Below, piece after piece: positions 63,230 through 64,000 of a DNA stretch of 64,000 bases. Position numbers and translations under genes: made by a program. The notes below the pieces were generated by a model that saw only the letters and a list, made by a program, of their open reading frames with translations, made no database searches and had not been told where the DNA came from. The stretch's first letter is position 1. Each line of letters opens with the position of its first letter. The stretch comes from an uncultured Lachnospiraceae bacterium (lineage in GTDB: Bacteria; Bacillota; Clostridia; Lachnospirales; Lachnospiraceae), in NCBI GenBank assembly GCA_910579805.1, contig CAJTWM010000014.1:14126-78125 (forward strand), in the 5' to 3' direction.

Positions 63230-63322
63230 TTTTCAAATGTGACAGGGAAGAGACGGGATGCTGTCGGAAGGATATAAAGAAGAACGGGACAGAAGAAAAA
63301 CCGAAAAGGAAGAATCTGGAAG

Positions 63323-64000
63323 ATGAGTTTTAAGAAAAATTGGTTTGATTACATAATAGGAACGGTTATTTCTATCGTACTGTGCATTATTTTAGCGACT
63401 TTTCTGAATGCGCAGTGCGTCCTGTATCAGATTGGAAAATATGAGACAGTTTTTATCGTATGCGTAGTTTTTGCCGGCATCTATACTATTTACAAGATTT
63501 TGCACTGTTGTTTTGAAAAGTGGGGCTCCCGTCTTTTTCAGATCAGCGGGCGTTCTAAAATGCTGTGGGAGATCTTTTGTGTTCTGTCTTTATTTTCGGG
63601 AGCCGTTTTAATAAGATGTTACCGGTATCTTCACTGTTTTACAGAATTATATGGTACAAAGGAATTTTATGAAGCGGCCATAATAAGGGAAGGGATGGAG
63701 ATCCCTAAGATGGTTCATGGCGCGTCTTATCTTTATACCGGCGTATTGTCCGTTATATTTTCCTTTTTAGGAAATAAGCAGTCTGCAGGAATCGTGTTGC
63801 AGGCCGTGCTGCAGCTTGCGGGGATCTTATTTTTGTATCTGGCCGTCAGAACGCTTTTAGGAAGGGCGGAGGCAGTGATTTCCATGGCTGTTATGTCCTT
63901 TTTTCCGGTTTCTTTGCAGAACGGTTTTACACTGACGCCGCAAAATTTATACTTCTTTTTGTTTGCAGGGATTTTCTTTTTTCTTTCCTGTTGCCGGAAA
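63323..64000 (+). CDS. Polytopic membrane protein, 3'-truncated by the window edge
   Basis: My own translation from the ATG at 63323 stays open for 226 codons to base 64000. It begins MSFKKNWFDYIIGTVISIVLCIILATF and has several hydrophobic helices. It is not in the ORF track because no stop is reached. Confidence 0.6.
   Translation, partial: MSFKKNWFDYIIGTVISIVLCIILATFLNAQCVLYQIGKYETVFIVCVVFAGIYTIYKILHCCFEKWGSRLFQISGRSKMLWEIFCVLSLFSGAVLIRCYRYLHCFTELYGTKEFYEAAIIREGMEIPKMVHGASYLYTGVLSVIFSFLGNKQSAGIVLQAVLQLAGILFLYLAVRTLLGRAEAVISMAVMSFFPVSLQNGFTLTPQNLYFFLFAGIFFFLSCCRK

Noticed and set aside
1-64000. Mobile elements, prophage, tRNA or rRNA genes
   Set aside because: No transposase, integrase, recombinase or phage structural motifs were recognised in any ORF, and no tRNA- or rRNA-like sequence was seen. 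AT-rich patches at the TIR, Fic and sortase genes hint at past acquisition but lack boundary repeats that I could identify.

Overview
This looks like a chromosomal segment of a Gram-positive anaerobe, by gene content a member of the Clostridia and probably Lachnospiraceae-like. Supporting signs are GGAGG-type ribosome-binding sites (RBS), a T-box leader, a class B sortase with a matching substrate, BspA-type LRR surface proteins and a Re-citrate-synthase-like gene. I call about 50 protein genes, almost all on the + strand, and see no rRNA, tRNA, CRISPR array, transposase or integrase.

Housekeeping blocks:
- polA-coaE, an FtsA-like ATPase and an MBL hydrolase
- ACT/UPF0210 pair, a GH13 alpha-glucanase and a MoxR-VWA pair
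- T-box-tyrS
- homocitrate-synthase-family (Re-citrate-synthase-like) gene, GntR regulator and icd
- rex, nnr, alr, mazF, a CNNM/CorC protein, yebC and a MetY-like gene

Accessory or unusual content, in rough order of interest:
1. A minus-strand three-gene operon (38874-40028) led by an 82-aa Cys/Gly-rich, internally duplicated hydrophobic mini-protein. It has a sigmaK-like promoter and its own hairpin terminator.
2. A TIR/SEFIR - TM - TPR/Sel1-like single-pass protein in an AT-rich patch (752-2005).
3. A surface-protein island (40268-50943): SrtB, a 1558-aa LRR protein ending in TPKTG, a second LRR protein, a leaderless S8 protease, a membrane-anchored coiled-coil protein with 11 x 14-aa repeats, and a secreted glycine-rich-domain protein.
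4. A giant adhesin of about 2140 aa split by a 1-nt frame change in an A-tract (5691-5694).
5. A C_GCAxxG_C_C - degenerate GGDEF - EAL fusion.
6. A Doc/Fic-like protein with a non-canonical active-site motif.
7. A multi-hairpin element upstream of the ACT/UPF0210 operon.
8. Two homologous GCCGATAT-containing upstream motifs in front of a LytTR regulator and a FliD_C-like protein.
9. A mazF with no room for an antitoxin gene.

All functional calls come from reading motifs by eye; no database search was run.
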